The notes: generated by a model from the letters alone, not told the origin. Shown: positions 19,347-29,156, counted from the stretch's first letter. The stretch: DNA of 56,784 nucleotides from Ruthenibacterium sp. (GCA_036635095.1 JAVWRA010000001.1:1-56784), one strand, 5' to 3'. Numbers and translations: made by a program.

Positions 19347-20261
19347 ATGCTGAAAAACAAAAAATGCGGATTCACCTTGATAGAAGTCGTCATTGTACTT
19401 GCCATTACAGCCGTTTTGGCTGGCATTGCGATTCCGCTTGCGTTCAAAAGCAACAATGCCATTGATGCGCGCGCCTGTCAAAGCAGCCGCGACAGCCTGT
19501 ACACTACATTTATCATGAACCAAAAACTCAACGGCGGCACGAAAGATTTGGTGCAATATCTTGCGGATTATGAGGACGACCTCAAAAAAGGCAAAATTAC
19601 AAAAGGCAGTGAAGATTATGTTGTGCCGTGTCCGCAAGGCGGAGAATTTTACGCGGAAGTGCCTTTGGAAGAGCAAACCGCCGTGCAATGCACGGTGCAT
19701 ACGGGAAAAGCGAACGAAGGCTGGCTGTTTGATTATAAGGAAAAAGCAAAACAATTGATGGAGCTGAAAAATCAGCCGACGGGAACGACTGTCACCTTAG
19801 ATGGACGCACCTATACAAACCTTGGCGATGACAAGGTGCAAGACAATACTTCCGGCGAAATCCACAATATGAGAGGCAGCACCAACACCCATATGGTTGA
19901 AATGTTGTATGCCGCGCATGGGTCAAAGTGGCCCACTTTAGCCATGCCCAAAGATGCACCGGAGGGTCTGGATAAGCTCAACAAGCCGCTTGCGTTGATT
20001 CCGTATGCGGGACAGGACAGCACAACTTCTTACCCGATTGTATTTGCGAGTCCCAACACAGCTACTTATAACGGCGGCTGGATGGCAACGCTTGTGTATT
20101 TGCCGGACGAAAAACAATGGTATCTTTGCCCGGGCGGTGCAACAAAAACCAGCGGAATTTGGAATTGGAGTTCTTTTACGTATGATGAAATGCGCAAGGA
20201 TCTTGTGGCAAACAACTGGAAGAAAATCACTTTTAATCCGTCTGCGCCTAAAAAACCCTAA
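19347..20261 (+). CDS. large type IV pilin-like protein with class III signal peptide and Cys3His site (PilJ-like)
   Basis: MLKNKKCG/FTLIE cleavage-methylation motif and hydrophobic helix; mature C36, C87 (CPQGG), C107 and H110; long C-terminal domain. Confidence 0.85.
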   Translation: MLKNKKCGFTLIEVVIVLAITAVLAGIAIPLAFKSNNAIDARACQSSRDSLYTTFIMNQKLNGGTKDLVQYLADYEDDLKKGKITKGSEDYVVPCPQGGEFYAEVPLEEQTAVQCTVHTGKANEGWLFDYKEKAKQLMELKNQPTGTTVTLDGRTYTNLGDDKVQDNTSGEIHNMRGSTNTHMVEMLYAAHGSKWPTLAMPKDAPEGLDKLNKPLALIPYAGQDSTTSYPIVFASPNTATYNGGWMATLVYLPDEKQWYLCPGGATKTSGIWNWSSFTYDEMRKDLVANNWKKITFNPSAPKKP

Positions 20262-20265
20262 AAAT

Positions 20266-20295
20266 AACACCCCATGATTTTCGTCATGGGGTGTT
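20266..20295. terminator. intrinsic terminator between the pilin and uppP
   Basis: AACACCCCATGA-TTTTCG-TCATGGGGTGTT; T-run on the minus strand. Confidence 0.8.
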
Positions 20296-20306
20296 GCTGT
20301 GTCAAA

Positions 20307-21146
20307 TTATCGAAGCAGATAAAAATAGCAGAGAACCACGATGCCAAGCACAATGCGATACCAACCGAAGATTTTGAAATCGTGCTTTTTGACGTAATTC
20401 ATGAGGAAATGAATGCTGAAAACAGACACGATGAACGCCACAAGCATACCTGTGAGCAAAATGCCGATTTCCATGCCCGTGAATGCGAAATTGAATTTCA
20501 GCAGTTTAATCAAGCTTGCGCCCGCCATGGCGGGAATGGCAAGAAAGAACGTAAACTCGGCAGAAATCGTGCGTGAACAGCCGAGCAACATGGCGCCTAA
20601 AATGGTTGCACCGCTGCGGCTTGTGCCGGGAACAAGCGAAAGCACTTGAAATAAACCGATGCCCAGTGCGATGGGGTAGGTCATTTGGCTGATGCGGCGC
20701 ACGGCAAAACGGCGACCTTTGGTGTAAAAGGTTTCAAGCAGAATGAAGAAAATACCGTACAAAATCAGCATTGCCGCAACAACGGGCGGATTGTGCAGAT
20801 GCTCTGTCATCCAGTCGTCAAGCGGCAAACCGATTACCATGGCGGGCAGTGTTGCCACAACAACTTTGAACCACATGCTCCACACATCTTTTTTGCAATA
20901 GCGGTCGATGAAGCCTTTTTCTGCGCGATTGTTGCAGAACGGCCAGAGCTTTGACCAAAATAAAACCACCACCGCCAAAATTGCGCCAAGCTGAATCACA
21001 ACGTCGAACATCTCTTTAAACGCCGGTGTTACGCCGAGTTTTATCAATTCGTCCGCCAAAATAAGGTGACCTGTGCTGGAGATGGGCAGCCATTCGGTGA
21101 TGCCCTCAATGATGCCGAGCAGTGCCGCTTTGAAAATGTCAATCAT
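20307..21146 (-). CDS. uppP: undecaprenyl-diphosphate phosphatase (BacA)
   Basis: EGITEWLPISSTGH, VIQLGAILAV and PGTSRSGATI signatures. Confidence 0.96.
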   Translation of the reverse strand: MIDIFKAALLGIIEGITEWLPISSTGHLILADELIKLGVTPAFKEMFDVVIQLGAILAVVVLFWSKLWPFCNNRAEKGFIDRYCKKDVWSMWFKVVVATLPAMVIGLPLDDWMTEHLHNPPVVAAMLILYGIFFILLETFYTKGRRFAVRRISQMTYPIALGIGLFQVLSLVPGTSRSGATILGAMLLGCSRTISAEFTFFLAIPAMAGASLIKLLKFNFAFTGMEIGILLTGMLVAFIVSVFSIHFLMNYVKKHDFKIFGWYRIVLGIVVLCYFYLLR

Positions 21147-21165
21147 ATGAATCCCCTCCCGTTAT

Positions 21166-21921
21166 TTATATGCAAAGCGTGATGCCGACAGGACAGTGGT
21201 CGCTGCCGAGGACATCTGCGCAGATGAACGCCGTGTCAAGCGTTTCGCACAGGCGCTTACTGATGATGAAATAATCGATGCGCCAACCGGCGTTTGTGGC
21301 ACGCGCATTGCGAAAATAACTCCACCATGAATACGCGCCGATTTCGGTCGGGTGCAATGTGCGAAACGTGTCGGCGAAACCGGCATCTAATAATTGCGTC
21401 AGATTTTCACGTTCTTCGTCGCTGAAACCCGCTTTTCCGCGGTTCGGTTTTGGGTTTTTAAGGTCGATATCCTCATGCGCAACATTCAAATCACCGCAAT
21501 AAACAACCGGCTTTTCGGCATCGAGCGCACATAAATAGGCGCGCAAATCGCGCTCCCACGCCATGCGATACGGCAGACGCGCAAGTGCATCTTGACTGTT
21601 CGGCGTATAGACATTGACGAGGTAAAAATCGGCAAATTCAAGCGTGATGGCGCGTCCCTCGTGTGCATGTTCGTCTTTTCCGATGTCATAACGCACACTG
21701 AGCGGCTCTGTTCGCGTGAACACCGCCGTGCCGGAATAGCCTTTTTTATCGGCGCTGTTCCAATATTGATGATAGCCGGCGGGGTTAAATTCCGCCTGAC
21801 CGATTTGCATTTTTGTCTCCTGCAAGCAAAAAATATCCGCGTCAAGCTGTGCAAAAATCGATGCAAAGCCTTTGCCTAAAATGGCTCTGAAGCCGTTTAC
21901 ATTCCATGATATCATTTTCAA
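21166..21921 (-). CDS. xth: exodeoxyribonuclease III / AP endonuclease
   Basis: SWNVNG, LQETK, GYSGTA, NVYTPN, GDLN, YSWW, GWRIDY and GSDHCP motifs; TTG start with GGAGG SD. Confidence 0.96.
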   Translation of the reverse strand: MKMISWNVNGFRAILGKGFASIFAQLDADIFCLQETKMQIGQAEFNPAGYHQYWNSADKKGYSGTAVFTRTEPLSVRYDIGKDEHAHEGRAITLEFADFYLVNVYTPNSQDALARLPYRMAWERDLRAYLCALDAEKPVVYCGDLNVAHEDIDLKNPKPNRGKAGFSDEERENLTQLLDAGFADTFRTLHPTEIGAYSWWSYFRNARATNAGWRIDYFIISKRLCETLDTAFICADVLGSDHCPVGITLCI

Positions 21922-21986
21922 AACGAGTGTCCTCCGTGTTTTTCTTCAAGCTGTAGTTGCGCGTCGCGTGCGCATAGAAATAATAC

Positions 21987-22018
21987 ATAATAACCATGTA
22001 TATGGTTATTATAGCACA
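21987..22018 (-). promoter_or_regulatory. extended -10 of xth-uppP overlapped by a perfect 11-bp-arm dyad
   Basis: TGTGCTATAAT on the minus strand (22008-22018); ATAATAACCAT-GTAT-ATGGTTATTAT at 21987-22012. Confidence 0.65.
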
Positions 22019-22020
22019 AA

Positions 22021-22046
22021 GCGCCCTGCCGTTACAGACAGAGCGC
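22021..22046 (-). terminator. terminator hairpin after the CPBP gene
   Basis: GCGCTCTGTC-TGTAAC-GGCAGGGCGC-TTTG on the minus strand (two G-U pairs). Confidence 0.6.
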
Positions 22047-22056
22047 CGTGTTTTTA

Positions 22057-22956
22057 TTAGACCGCAAAAGCACCGACAAAAATCAACAAGCTGCACAAAA
22101 GCAGATAGCTGCCCATGCCGACATTGCAAAGCGTTGCCAAAACAGGATGCGGCGGCAGCGGCTCCATACCCACTGTGTACGTTACCGCATGAGAATTGAG
22201 CGCAAAAATAATACTTGCCGACAGCATCAGCGCAATGATGATTCCGCTCGCTGCCGCCGCGCCGATTGTGCTTTGCAACAACAGTGGCATACAAATGCCG
22301 CACAAATTAACGATGATATGCAGACCGATGGTGTAGCACAATTTGCCTGTTTGGGCATAGAGATAGCAAAAAATCATGCCGACCACAAACGCATATAAAA
22401 GCTGTGACAGATTGCCGTGCATGAGGGCGAACAAAAAACCGCCAAGCAAAACATACGTACGTGTGCCATATTGTCCGATTTTTCCATACAGCCATTTTCG
22501 GAAGAAAAACTCCTCACCGACAGGTGCGACGATGCAGCCGATGAGCAGGTTGTACACAAAGCCGCTGTTTGAAACAACATCTGCAAGCGGATTGCTGATG
22601 ACACTGCCCTTGAGAAACGACAAAAAGCTGTTGATGCCGATTGACACAATATTGCAGATGTAGACGGCACCGAGACATAAAATTAAATAGGTCAGCAATT
22701 TTTTCGGCGGCAAGCTGTGCTTTTCAGGCGCGGCATAATTTGGCATGCTGCGCAAAAGCAGCATAAATATCGGCACACCGACCGCGTACAGCGGCACATA
22801 GCTGCTTGCCCAGATAAACCAGTCTGCCTGCATTGCCTGCGGTGCAAAAACATGGATAACCTGAACGAAAAGAAAGCTGAAAACTTGTGTTGCAAACAGA
22901 AGCATAAAATAGCAAGTGCCAAGCTGCGAACAGGTTTTGCGGTACATCGATGTCAT
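22057..22956 (-). CDS. CPBP (CAAX/Abi) family intramembrane glutamic endopeptidase
   Basis: APVGEEFFFRK, FALMHG and LHIIVN motifs in a multi-TM protein. Confidence 0.9.
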   Translation of the reverse strand: MTSMYRKTCSQLGTCYFMLLFATQVFSFLFVQVIHVFAPQAMQADWFIWASSYVPLYAVGVPIFMLLLRSMPNYAAPEKHSLPPKKLLTYLILCLGAVYICNIVSIGINSFLSFLKGSVISNPLADVVSNSGFVYNLLIGCIVAPVGEEFFFRKWLYGKIGQYGTRTYVLLGGFLFALMHGNLSQLLYAFVVGMIFCYLYAQTGKLCYTIGLHIIVNLCGICMPLLLQSTIGAAAASGIIIALMLSASIIFALNSHAVTYTVGMEPLPPHPVLATLCNVGMGSYLLLCSLLIFVGAFAV

Positions 22957-22965
22957 ATTTTCCCT

Positions 22966-23715
22966 CTAATTTTGACGGATTGTTGCGTGAAGCAGCCAAT
23001 AAACGGCTGTACTTAATAATACCACACAAAAAACGATTGTGCAAAGGGGCAGCAACTCCGGCAAGTGAATCGCCTGTAAAAATGCCGCCGTGCCATTGAC
23101 CGCGCGTCCAAGCAGCGTCGAGGTGTCGCCGCTTTTGAGCAGATGCGAAATGCTGTTGCCGAACAGCATCGGCACGAAATATACAATCCAAAGAATCCAA
23201 AATATTTTGCTGCCATAGCGCTGAATGCCTGCGCCAATCGTTAAACCAATCAGCAGTGCGCCGGCGAGAATCAGCAGACCCCAGTGGAGGTGCTGCAACG
23301 CAAACGGAAGAACGGCATCGTTTAAATCAAGCGACAAGTGCGCAAAAAACAGCCTGCGAATGCCCTCGCTGACAAGCGCAAGAATGCCAAGCAATGCCAT
23401 GGCACAAAGCATTTGCGCAAATGCGACGAGAAATGCGCACGGCAGATACCATTTGCGTGTGCGGCTCATGCTGATGGACAGCTCAATGCCGATGGAATAG
23501 TAATAAAATCCATATACCAGCGCCACCCACTGCAAGATGATATAGGCGAAAATGATGCCGACCGGCACATAGGTATCCATCTTGCCAATGAGCATGAAGG
23601 CATCGCCGAGGAGTTCTGCCGCAAGCCAAACCGCGGCAGTAATGATGCAAAGTTGGTGCAAGCTCATGGTATTGCAGCGCCATTCGCGGCGCAAATTGTT
23701 GATGAATGTTTTCAT
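22966..23715 (-). CDS. membrane protein, probable ABC-2-type permease
   Basis: about 6 TM segments; SISMSRTRK motif shared with the neighbour; downstream of an ABC ATPase. Confidence 0.7.
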   Translation of the reverse strand: MKTFINNLRREWRCNTMSLHQLCIITAAVWLAAELLGDAFMLIGKMDTYVPVGIIFAYIILQWVALVYGFYYYSIGIELSISMSRTRKWYLPCAFLVAFAQMLCAMALLGILALVSEGIRRLFFAHLSLDLNDAVLPFALQHLHWGLLILAGALLIGLTIGAGIQRYGSKIFWILWIVYFVPMLFGNSISHLLKSGDTSTLLGRAVNGTAAFLQAIHLPELLPLCTIVFCVVLLSTAVYWLLHATIRQN

Positions 23716-23716
23716 T

Positions 23717-24382
23717 TTAATCCCTCACAGTCAAGTTTCGCATCAAGAACCCACTGATGGCAGACAGTGCGGCAGTGAGCGCAAGACATACGCCAATCAG
23801 CAAAAAGCTGTTGGTGAGCAGCGCGTTTACGATGGCGGAAACAATCGACAGCCAGTTGTGGCGGCTCACCAGAAAAAGGCCGATGACAGCGCCAAAAAGG
23901 CCGCATAAAATCAAATACACCACTATGCCGATTTTGCCGTAGCGCAGGCAGACAAAACCAAGATTTTCGCCGACGGTGTGCGTGAGCAACACGGCGAAGA
24001 AAAAGAGAATCACCGCGTTTGCCGACAGCGGTATCCTTGTGCCGAACACAAGATGAAACAGCCAAAGCGCGGCGCCGGCGGCAACAAGATGCAGCAGTGC
24101 GCTGATGAGTTTCATCACCTGCAACCCCATAAAATTGGCTTTGCGCGTGCTGCTCATCGAAACGGCAAGCGGCAGATAAATACTCGTTAAATTGATGGCA
24201 ATGCCAAGGGTGAAAAGCGGCGCAGCAAAAACGTAAATGAGCGTAGCGCCCATGCCGGCAAGGACATAATCTTGCGCCGCACAGGTGATTGCACTGTAAA
24301 GCGCAAGCCCAAGCGCCACCACCGGCAAAGATGCCACACCTTGCAAAACCGGCGACAGAAAAAAGCGAATACTCTTACGCAT
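23717..24382 (-). CDS. membrane protein, probable ABC-2-type permease
   Basis: about 6 TM segments; AVSMSSTRK and RYGK motifs paralogous to the next gene; start overlaps the ATPase. Confidence 0.7.
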   Translation of the reverse strand: MRKSIRFFLSPVLQGVASLPVVALGLALYSAITCAAQDYVLAGMGATLIYVFAAPLFTLGIAINLTSIYLPLAVSMSSTRKANFMGLQVMKLISALLHLVAAGAALWLFHLVFGTRIPLSANAVILFFFAVLLTHTVGENLGFVCLRYGKIGIVVYLILCGLFGAVIGLFLVSRHNWLSIVSAIVNALLTNSFLLIGVCLALTAALSAISGFLMRNLTVRD

Positions 24383-25265
24383 GAGGCGTCTCCTCCTTGG
24401 TCATGGCGACGAACGCTTTTTGCAAGCTCATGCCGCTGACACTGACATCCGCCTCGCCGATGGCGGCCGTGACGGCGGCGGCATCGGCACGCACACAAAC
24501 GGATTTGCTGCGCCCGAAGCTTTCGCTATGCACAATTTCCATGCCGCGCACAATTGCGTCCACAACATCGTCTTTGCCGGATATCACATGAAATTTCGAG
24601 AGAAATTGCTCGGTGTTTTCCTGTGCGATGATGTCGCCGTGGTCGACAAAAATAATTTCTTCAAACACGGTGGCGGCTTCTTCGATGATGTGCGTGGAGA
24701 TGAGGAACGTGCGGTTTGTTTCGGTGTAATCGGCGAGTAAAAAATCATAAAATTGTTCGCGGGCAACGACGTCCAGTCCCGCCACCGGTTCATCCATCAT
24801 CGTGATGGGCGCACGGCTTGCAAGTGCAATCACAATCGTGAGCATACTGAGCATGCCTTTGGACATTTTGCCATCTTTCTTTTTGGGGTCAAGTCCGAAT
24901 GCTGTCACAAGTTTTTGTGCATAATCTGCGTCCCAACGCGGATAATATGCTGACGCGGCGCGCAGGTATTCTTTGGCTTTTAAGGTGTTTTGCCCGAACA
25001 GCAATGTGGTTGGAATTTCACGCGAGAAGCAAATTTCATCAAGCGCTTTTTGGTTTTCCCACACGGGCGCGTCACCATAGGTCACCGTGCCGCTGCTCGC
25101 CGTGTTTTGTGCCGCAAGAATGCTCAAAAGTGTGGTTTTGCCCGCACCGTTTCTACCAATCATGCCATAAATTTTGCCCGATGCAAGCGTGAGATTGACG
25201 CCGTGCAGCACCTCGGTTTTGCCGTATGTTTTGGTTAAGGCTGTCGCCTGTAAATGTTTTTCCAT
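24375..25265 (-). CDS. ABC transporter ATP-binding protein (YtrB-like)
   Basis: Walker A GRNGAGKTT, signature MSKGM, Walker B MMDEPVAGLD and H-loop STH. Confidence 0.92.
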   Translation of the reverse strand: MEKHLQATALTKTYGKTEVLHGVNLTLASGKIYGMIGRNGAGKTTLLSILAAQNTASSGTVTYGDAPVWENQKALDEICFSREIPTTLLFGQNTLKAKEYLRAASAYYPRWDADYAQKLVTAFGLDPKKKDGKMSKGMLSMLTIVIALASRAPITMMDEPVAGLDVVAREQFYDFLLADYTETNRTFLISTHIIEEAATVFEEIIFVDHGDIIAQENTEQFLSKFHVISGKDDVVDAIVRGMEIVHSESFGRSKSVCVRADAAAVTAAIGEADVSVSGMSLQKAFVAMTKEETPHA

Positions 25266-25282
25266 GGTATTTCTCCTCATTT

Positions 25283-25654
25283 TTAAGCGTTTTCGGCGCT
25301 GTTTTGTATCATCGCAATCAGTTCTTCTTTTGAGATGGATAACGCGGCGGCTTCTGTCAAAAAGCCTTGTACATAGGTATCGCAGAACGCTTTTTTGCGT
25401 TTTGCGCGAATTTTTTCTTTGCTGCCGCTTGCCACAAACATGCCGATGCCCCGCTTTTTATACAAAATCCCTTCATCGACCAGTAAATTGATGCCCTTTG
25501 CCGCCGTTGCCGGATTGATTGCAAAAGCTTTTGCAAGCTCGTTGGTGCTGGGCGTTTGTTCTTCCTCGCACAAAATATCGCGCAGAATTTGTGTTTCAAG
25601 CATTTCTGCAATTTGCAGATAGATGGAGGTTGATTGATTTAAGTTGCCATCCAA
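25283..25654 (-). CDS. GntR family regulator, YtrA subfamily
   Basis: 123 aa; IYLQI, PSTNELA...INPATA.K and KKRGIGMFV; first gene of an ABC operon. Confidence 0.92.
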   Translation of the reverse strand: MDGNLNQSTSIYLQIAEMLETQILRDILCEEEQTPSTNELAKAFAINPATAAKGINLLVDEGILYKKRGIGMFVASGSKEKIRAKRKKAFCDTYVQGFLTEAAALSISKEELIAMIQNSAENA

Positions 25655-25676
25655 TTTTGTTCACCCCGCTTTGTTG

Positions 25677-25725
25677 GTTCATTACTTGTGTAACTAACTA
25701 TAGTACCAAAAATAGCAAAAGTCAA
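25677..25725 (-). promoter_or_regulatory. promoter TTGACT-17-TATAGT with probable GntR/YtrA operator at 25677-25698
   Basis: -35 at 25720-25725, -10 at 25697-25702; imperfect dyad GTTAGTTAC-N4-GTAATGAAC over the start site. Confidence 0.7.
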
Positions 25726-25758
25726 GCCCCTTTGCAAAATTTTTCTGCAAAGGGGCTT
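25724..25758 (-). terminator. clpB terminator hairpin
   Basis: AAGCCCCTTTGCA-N9-TGCAAAGGGGCTT just after the clpB stop; abuts the next -35. Confidence 0.75.
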
Positions 25759-25767
25759 TCTCTTTCA

Positions 25768-28383
25768 TTATTTTGCGGATTGCAGTGTAAGCATGCCGTC
25801 TTTGACGTCTACGGTCATCACGGTGCCGGGCGCGGGGTCATCCTTTAAAATAGCGCGCGCAAGCAGCGTTTCCACCTTTTGCTGAATAACGCGTTTGAGC
25901 GGACGCGCACCATAAATCGGGTCGTATCCCGCATCGACAATCAGCGCTTTTGCGGCATCTGTCACGTGCAGTGTGAGCTGTTTGTCGGCAAGACGCGCCG
26001 CCAAACTTTGCAGCAGCAAATCCACCACTTTGGTGATTTCCGCTTTGCTGAGCGGTTTATAAAATACGATTTCGTCAAGCCGGTTTAAAAACTCGGGACG
26101 GAAAGAGCTTTTCAGCAGGCTGTCTACCTCACTGCGCGCTTGCTCGGTGATGCGTCCGTTTTCAATGCCGTTTAAGATAAACTGCGAGCCTAAATTGCTG
26201 GTTAAAATAATAATGGTGTTTTTAAAGTCAACGGTTCTTCCTTGACTGTCTGTAATACGTCCATCATCTAATACTTGCAGTAGAATATTGAACACATCCG
26301 GATGCGCTTTTTCAATTTCATCGAAAAGAACGACGCTGTACGGTTTGCGGCGTACCGCCTCGGTCAACTGACCGCCCTCCTCATAGCCGACATAACCCGG
26401 AGGTGCGCCGATGAGACGGCTGACAGAATATTTTTCCATGTACTCGCTCATGTCGATGCGCACGATGTTTTTTTCATCGTCGAACAAACTTTCGGCAAGC
26501 GCTTTGGCGAGTTCCGTTTTGCCGACGCCGGTCGGGCCTAGGAATAAAAAGCTGCCAATCGGGCGGTTTGCGTCAGCAATGCCGGCGCGCGAACGCAAAA
26601 TGGCTTCGCTGACTTTGGTGACGGCTTCGTCCTGTCCGATGACGCGACGATGCAGAATTGTTTCAAGGCCCAGCAGCTTTTCGCGCTCACCTTCCACCAA
26701 TTTCGCCACGGGAATGCCCGTCCAACGTGCGATGATGCGCGCAATTTCTTCTTCTGTTACTTTATCGCGCAAAAGCGACTGACTTTCTTTTTGGTTTTCT
26801 GTGCGATTTTCAGCGCGCTTTTCTTCTTCCGCAAGTTCTTTTTGCAGCGTTGGCAAACGCCCGTATTTCAGCTCTGCCGCCTTGTTTAGGTCATACGCGC
26901 GCTGCGCCTGTTCGATTTCGGCATTCACTTGTTCTATACTTTCGCGCAATTTTTGCACTTTGCCGATGGCGGATTTTTCGTTTTCCCACTTGGCGCTCAT
27001 GGCGCTGAACGTGTCGCGCATGGCGGCAAGTTCTTTTTGAATTTCGCACAGACGCTCTGCCGACAGCTTGTCGGTTTCCTTTTTCAGCGCGGCTTCCTCA
27101 ATTTCGAGCTGCATGATTTTTCGCCGTAAATCGTCCATTTCAGCGGGAGAGGAATCCATTTCGGTGCGAATCATCGCACACGCTTCGTCCACAAGGTCAA
27201 TTGCCTTGTCCGGCAAAAAGCGGTCAGAGAGATAGCGGTTTGACAGCACGGCGGCGGCAATCAGCGCGCCGTCTTGAATTTTGACGCCGTGAAATACTTC
27301 ATAGCGCTCTTTTAAGCCGCGCAGAATGGAGATGGTGTCCTCAACGCTCGGCTCATTGACAAGAACCGGCTGAAAACGCCGTTCGAGCGCAGGATCTTTT
27401 TCAATATACTGCCGATATTCGTTGAGCGTTGTGGCGCCGATACAGTGCAGTTCACCGCGCGCAAGCATCGGCTTCAGCAAATTGCCCGCGTCCATGGCGC
27501 CGTCTGTTTTGCCGGCACCGACAATGGTGTGCAGTTCGTCGATGAACAAAATGATTTGTCCGTCTGACTTTTTCACCTCTTGCAACACGCTTTTGAGCCG
27601 TTCTTCAAACTCGCCGCGATATTTTGCACCCGCAACGAGCGCACCCATATCAAGGCTGAAAACTTTGCGGTCTTTGAGATTTTCCGGCACATCACCGCGC
27701 ACGATGCGCTGTGCCAAACCTTCGGCAATGGCGGTTTTGCCAACGCCGGCTTCGCCAATCAGCACCGGATTGTTTTTCGTTTTGCGCGACAAGATGCGAA
27801 TGACATTGCGAATTTCGGCGTCACGACCGATGACGGGGTCCAGCTTTTGCTGTTTGGCAAGCGCGACCAAATCTTGCCCGTATTTTTTCAAAACATCATA
27901 CGTGCTTTCGGGGTTGTCGTTTGTGACGCGCTGGTTGCCGCGCACGGCGGCAAGCGTTTTCATGAAGGCGTTTTTATCCACGCTGAACGTGCGCAGCACG
28001 TCCTTGACGGCGGCGTTTGGCGCGTCCATCATGCCGAGAACCAAATGCTCGACGGAGACATATTCGTCCTGCATTCCGGCGGCGGTTTTTTCGGCGGCGT
28101 TGAGCGCACTGTCCAGCTCCGGCGTGATGTATACCTTATCGGCTTCACGTCCGCCGCCTGTGACATGCGGCAATTGTTCGATTTTTTTGGCGAATGCCGC
28201 CATCATATTGCCCGGTTCTGCGCCCATTTTTTCAAATAGCTGCGGAATCAAGCCGTCCTGCTGCGCGAGCAGTGCATAAAATAAATGTTCGGGACACAGC
28301 GCCTGATTTTGATATTCAACTGCCAGAGACTGCGCATTTTGAATTGCCTCCAGTGATTTTTGTGTCATTTTTTGCGTATTCAT
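25768..28383 (-). CDS. clpB: ATP-dependent chaperone ClpB, 871 aa
   Basis: two AAA+ modules ([16 protein letters not shown]), KYRGEFEER, long M-domain with AAELKYG and [11 protein letters not shown]; AAGGAG SD. Confidence 0.97.
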   Translation of the reverse strand: MNTQKMTQKSLEAIQNAQSLAVEYQNQALCPEHLFYALLAQQDGLIPQLFEKMGAEPGNMMAAFAKKIEQLPHVTGGGREADKVYITPELDSALNAAEKTAAGMQDEYVSVEHLVLGMMDAPNAAVKDVLRTFSVDKNAFMKTLAAVRGNQRVTNDNPESTYDVLKKYGQDLVALAKQQKLDPVIGRDAEIRNVIRILSRKTKNNPVLIGEAGVGKTAIAEGLAQRIVRGDVPENLKDRKVFSLDMGALVAGAKYRGEFEERLKSVLQEVKKSDGQIILFIDELHTIVGAGKTDGAMDAGNLLKPMLARGELHCIGATTLNEYRQYIEKDPALERRFQPVLVNEPSVEDTISILRGLKERYEVFHGVKIQDGALIAAAVLSNRYLSDRFLPDKAIDLVDEACAMIRTEMDSSPAEMDDLRRKIMQLEIEEAALKKETDKLSAERLCEIQKELAAMRDTFSAMSAKWENEKSAIGKVQKLRESIEQVNAEIEQAQRAYDLNKAAELKYGRLPTLQKELAEEEKRAENRTENQKESQSLLRDKVTEEEIARIIARWTGIPVAKLVEGEREKLLGLETILHRRVIGQDEAVTKVSEAILRSRAGIADANRPIGSFLFLGPTGVGKTELAKALAESLFDDEKNIVRIDMSEYMEKYSVSRLIGAPPGYVGYEEGGQLTEAVRRKPYSVVLFDEIEKAHPDVFNILLQVLDDGRITDSQGRTVDFKNTIIILTSNLGSQFILNGIENGRITEQARSEVDSLLKSSFRPEFLNRLDEIVFYKPLSKAEITKVVDLLLQSLAARLADKQLTLHVTDAAKALIVDAGYDPIYGARPLKRVIQQKVETLLARAILKDDPAPGTVMTVDVKDGMLTLQSAK

Positions 28384-28433
28384 ATATTCAATACACTCCT
28401 TTTTTGAAATCAATTTTGTTTGCGTTTACGCCG

Positions 28434-29084
28434 CTACAGCGCTGCTGTTGCGGCGTCTAAATTGGCTTTGTAAACCTTTTCGGTCTCCTGCAATGCCTCT
28501 GACGGATTGTCTACATTGTCGAAAAACACCTTGAGACAAACGTCAAACAGCGCGACATACTCTGCGATTGCCTGCCCGTATGCCGCCGTATCCGCTGCAC
28601 CTTGCGGCGTTTGCAGGCGCCGCGTGTAACGACCGTTTTCGATTGTGGCAATGCGCTTTGTTCCGTGCAGATGCGCATTTTCAAGTTTTGCCCACACGCG
28701 GTAAAACTGCGTGAGACAAAGCAGTAAGTTGGGGTTCTGTGTGCGTAAATTCACGCGCAGTTCGCCTATTTGCGCGCCGACACGGGGATATAATTCAAGA
28801 ACGTAGCGCACGCTCGGATTGTATTTATATTGCAGTGCGCTGCGCAAATTGAGCATTACATCGCTTGCGGAAAGCATCGGCTGTAAAACATTTTGCTGTT
28901 CAATCACGGTGCTGACTGCTGCAAAAATATCCTGCATCCGTTGCTCAGGCGTATCCATTTTACTGTATTCTGCCAAAATACGATTGATCATATTCGAGCG
29001 GCTGGTCCCCGCATGGTATGCAAGCCGGTCGATCGCTGCCACAACATCGTCCATGAGAACAATGCTGTATACATTTTTTTGCAT
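28434..29084 (-). CDS. ribbon-helix-helix (CopG-like) domain protein, 216 aa
   Basis: N-terminal VYSIVL (beta), DDVVAAIDRLA (helix), GTSRSNMINRILAEY (helix) RHH pattern; C-terminal domain not recognised; GAGGTG SD before ATG 29084. Confidence 0.7.
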   Translation of the reverse strand: MQKNVYSIVLMDDVVAAIDRLAYHAGTSRSNMINRILAEYSKMDTPEQRMQDIFAAVSTVIEQQNVLQPMLSASDVMLNLRSALQYKYNPSVRYVLELYPRVGAQIGELRVNLRTQNPNLLLCLTQFYRVWAKLENAHLHGTKRIATIENGRYTRRLQTPQGAADTAAYGQAIAEYVALFDVCLKVFFDNVDNPSEALQETEKVYKANLDAATAAL

Positions 29085-29104
29085 CTTATTCACCTCTTGA
29101 CGCT

Positions 29105-29152
29105 ATTGTATTCCTATCAACATAATTTGTCAAGCATTTTATATAATTATAT
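29105..29152 (-). promoter_or_regulatory. near-consensus sigma-A promoter TTGACA-17-TACAAT with upstream palindrome ATATAATTATAT
   Basis: -35 at 29128-29133, -10 at 29105-29110, palindrome at 29141-29152. Confidence 0.8.
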
Positions 29153-29156
29153 TTAC

